Source: Isurus oxyrinchus
Lineage: Eukaryota
Assembly: GCA_026770705.1 (NCBI GenBank)
Contig: JANJGN010000210.1
Span: 496,001 to 560,000, forward strand
Reading direction: 5' to 3'
DNA length: 64,000 nt
Position 1 is the stretch's first letter. Each line of letters begins with the position of its first letter. The translations under genes and the position numbers were made by a program. The notes under the pieces were generated by a model. That model had not been told where the DNA came from and ran no database searches. It was given only the letters and a program-made list of their open reading frames with translations. This document shows, piece after piece, positions 62,101 to 64,000 of this stretch.

Positions 62101-62199
62101 GACAGGAGCAGGCCGTTCAGTCCATCGAGCCTGTTTCACCATTCGATTGGGTCATCATGAAATGGTCCAGCACAGAAGGAGCCCATTTGGCCCATCAAA

Positions 62200-62590
62200 T
62201 GGGGAGACAGTGGCATAGTAGCAATGTCACTGGGCTAGTAATCTGAAGGCCCAGTCTAACGCTCTGGGGACACGGGTTCAAATCCCTACAAGGCAGCTGG
62301 TAGAACTTAAATTCAATTAATAAATCAGGAATTGAAAGCCACTCTCAGTCTTAGTGACCATGAAATTATCATCGATTGTCATAAAAACCCAACTAGTTCA
62401 CTAATGCCCTTTAGGGAAGGAAATCTGCCGTCCTTACCCAGTCTGGCCTACATGTCACTCCAGATCCACAGCGATATGGTTTACTTTTAATTGCCCTCTG
62501 AAATGGCCAAGCAAGCCACTCAGTTCAGGGGCAATTAGGGATGGGCAACAAATGCTGGCCTTGCCAGCGACGCCCACATCCCATGAAAAA
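62200..62590 (+). mobile_element. Near full-length tRNA-derived SINE (MetaSINE-like)
   Basis: A box tggcatagtagc, B box ggttcaaatcc, conserved core, LINE-derived tail. Confidence 0.8.
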
Positions 62591-62845
62591 GATAAAAAGA
62601 AAATTGAGTCTGCTGCAGCTTTTTGAAAGATCAATCCAATTAGTCCCCACTCTCCCCGCCACCACCCCCCCCCCCCCCGTCCCCCGCTGCTCTTTCCCCC
62701 GTCGCCCTGAAAATGTCTTCCCTTCCAGTATTTATCCAGTTCCCCCCTTTTGAAAGTCCCTGTTGAATCTACTTTCACCGCCCTTTCAGGCAGTGCCTTC
62801 CAGATCACAACTCGCTGTGTGATTAAAAGCCGCTCTTCCTCATCT

Positions 62846-62858
62846 CGCCCCCTGCTGG
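62846..62858 (-). promoter_or_regulatory. Candidate CTCF site
   Basis: CCAGCAGGGGGCG on the minus strand matches the CTCF core. Confidence 0.5.
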
Positions 62859-62868
62859 TGACGCTCAC

Positions 62869-63003
62869 TTGCACCGAAGGCTTATCTGCCTGAGCAAAAA
62901 CCATTCCCATGTTGTCGCGGCCAACCCTCGGCCGCTGAAAGATCGTCATGGATGGGGGATAGTATTGCAGCTGTCGGGCACACTTCTGAGTGCTGTGATC
63001 CAC
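62869..63003 (-). CDS. Candidate 135-nt exon of an unidentified gene
   Basis: cactcttag|GTG...CAA|gtgagc, open phase 0/0: VDHSTQKCARQLQYYPPSMTIFQRPRVGRDNMGMVFAQADKPSVQ. Confidence 0.4.
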
Positions 63004-63921
63004 CTAAGAGTGAATCTCGCAATCCCATCTCTCAATTGCTTTCATTACTACTTCAAATAAAGAAAAAGCAAACATGAGATCAGCCGGCATAATGAAGCTA
63101 TTCAGTGCACAAATGATAAAATATTCATTCATTATCATCCAACTGCTAAATGATTAATTTTGTATAATGTCTCCGCTAGATATCTAATCATACTACTTTC
63201 ACACAATTAAACATGGAGCAAAATTAGTTTTATAGGAAATGAGAATTACTGTAATATTCTTTGCTGCAGCGCTTGTCAAACTAATTTATACTTCGCACTA
63301 TCTAGATTGTCTACAAGCGTTTAATCTCTTGGAACATTCTTCATCTTGAAATTAACCGAATTAATATTTTCGCCTTTTATATTCTTTTCAATGGAGATGT
63401 AATATCTCTATGGACCTCAGTGACTTTTGGGGGAAGAAAGTAAATGAGAATTTATGGTCAGGGAGAATTCATTAAAAGGGAATGAATTACTTAAATTAAA
63501 ATCTATAGGCAGGCCAATGCAAATCAGTAAATCAACAATTAAACAGTTAAACCAGATGAACCTTTTACACTCTCGAACTTTGGACACCCTCAGGGTTTGC
63601 AATCACCAGCAAGGTCCTGGGAATTAGACTGGAGTCAGAGGATGGCAATAACATAGACTAAGTGTGCTCTTCAACAGATAGGGGAAGGACAGATGGTCCC
63701 AGTTTAGATAGGAAGGCAGGTCTCTGCCTGGGTGAAAGCAGGGTCAGATGATGCATGTACCAGAGACTTGTCTGTTTAATGTAAACCTATATGTTAACAA
63801 GATCGGAATCTGGAGCATGTTCTTGTATGTGACCAATAATATAAAAATGTTAACAGAGCACTGTCTCAAGCTGTATTGAGATGGTGACCTCCTTGCAATT
63901 GCTCGAATGAACGATCGTAAC

Positions 63922-64000
63922 CTGTATCTGAGCCTCCTGTGGTCCGTTCATCCAATGCACCACATCAGTCACAAATGCATAAAACGACCCAAGTGTTAAG
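63922..64000 (-). CDS. Candidate partial upstream exon of the same gene
   Basis: LTLGSFYAFVTDVVHWMNGPQEAQIQ|gttacg, phase 0, compatible with the 63003 acceptor; weak donor. Confidence 0.3.

Overview
Vertebrate genomic DNA, almost certainly from a cartilaginous fish (inferred from the cluster-type Ig gene and the repeat families). The core is one self-contained IgM heavy-chain cluster on the + strand (about 12.7-28.7 kb): leader, VH with 23-RSS, D1 with 12/22-RSS, a D2 that appears already fused to JH behind a 12-RSS, an 8-kb J-C intron, CH1-CH4 with secretory tail, and TM1/TM2. Unusual points in the cluster: (1) the apparent germline D2-J join (V-D-DJ); (2) CH1 ends in phase 0 while CH2 starts in phase 1, so normal splicing gives a stop 11 codons into CH2, whereas skipping CH1 is in frame; (3) an extra Cys in CDR1; (4) a stearoyl-CoA desaturase first-exon-like fragment and a 1.5-kb sense-strand G-rich tract in the J-C intron. 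Downstream lie decayed tRNA-Glu/Thr copies, two convergent decaying C2H2 zinc-finger genes sharing an NRF1/YY1-type promoter cassette, a dopamine receptor D2-like first-exon pseudogene, and candidate exons of an unidentified minus-strand gene at the right edge. The rest is CR1 and other LINEs, Penelope-like fragments with minimal hammerhead-ribozyme motifs, SINEs, a MITE, satellites and a 185-N gap. Repeat boundaries are approximate and family assignments come from recall, not searches.
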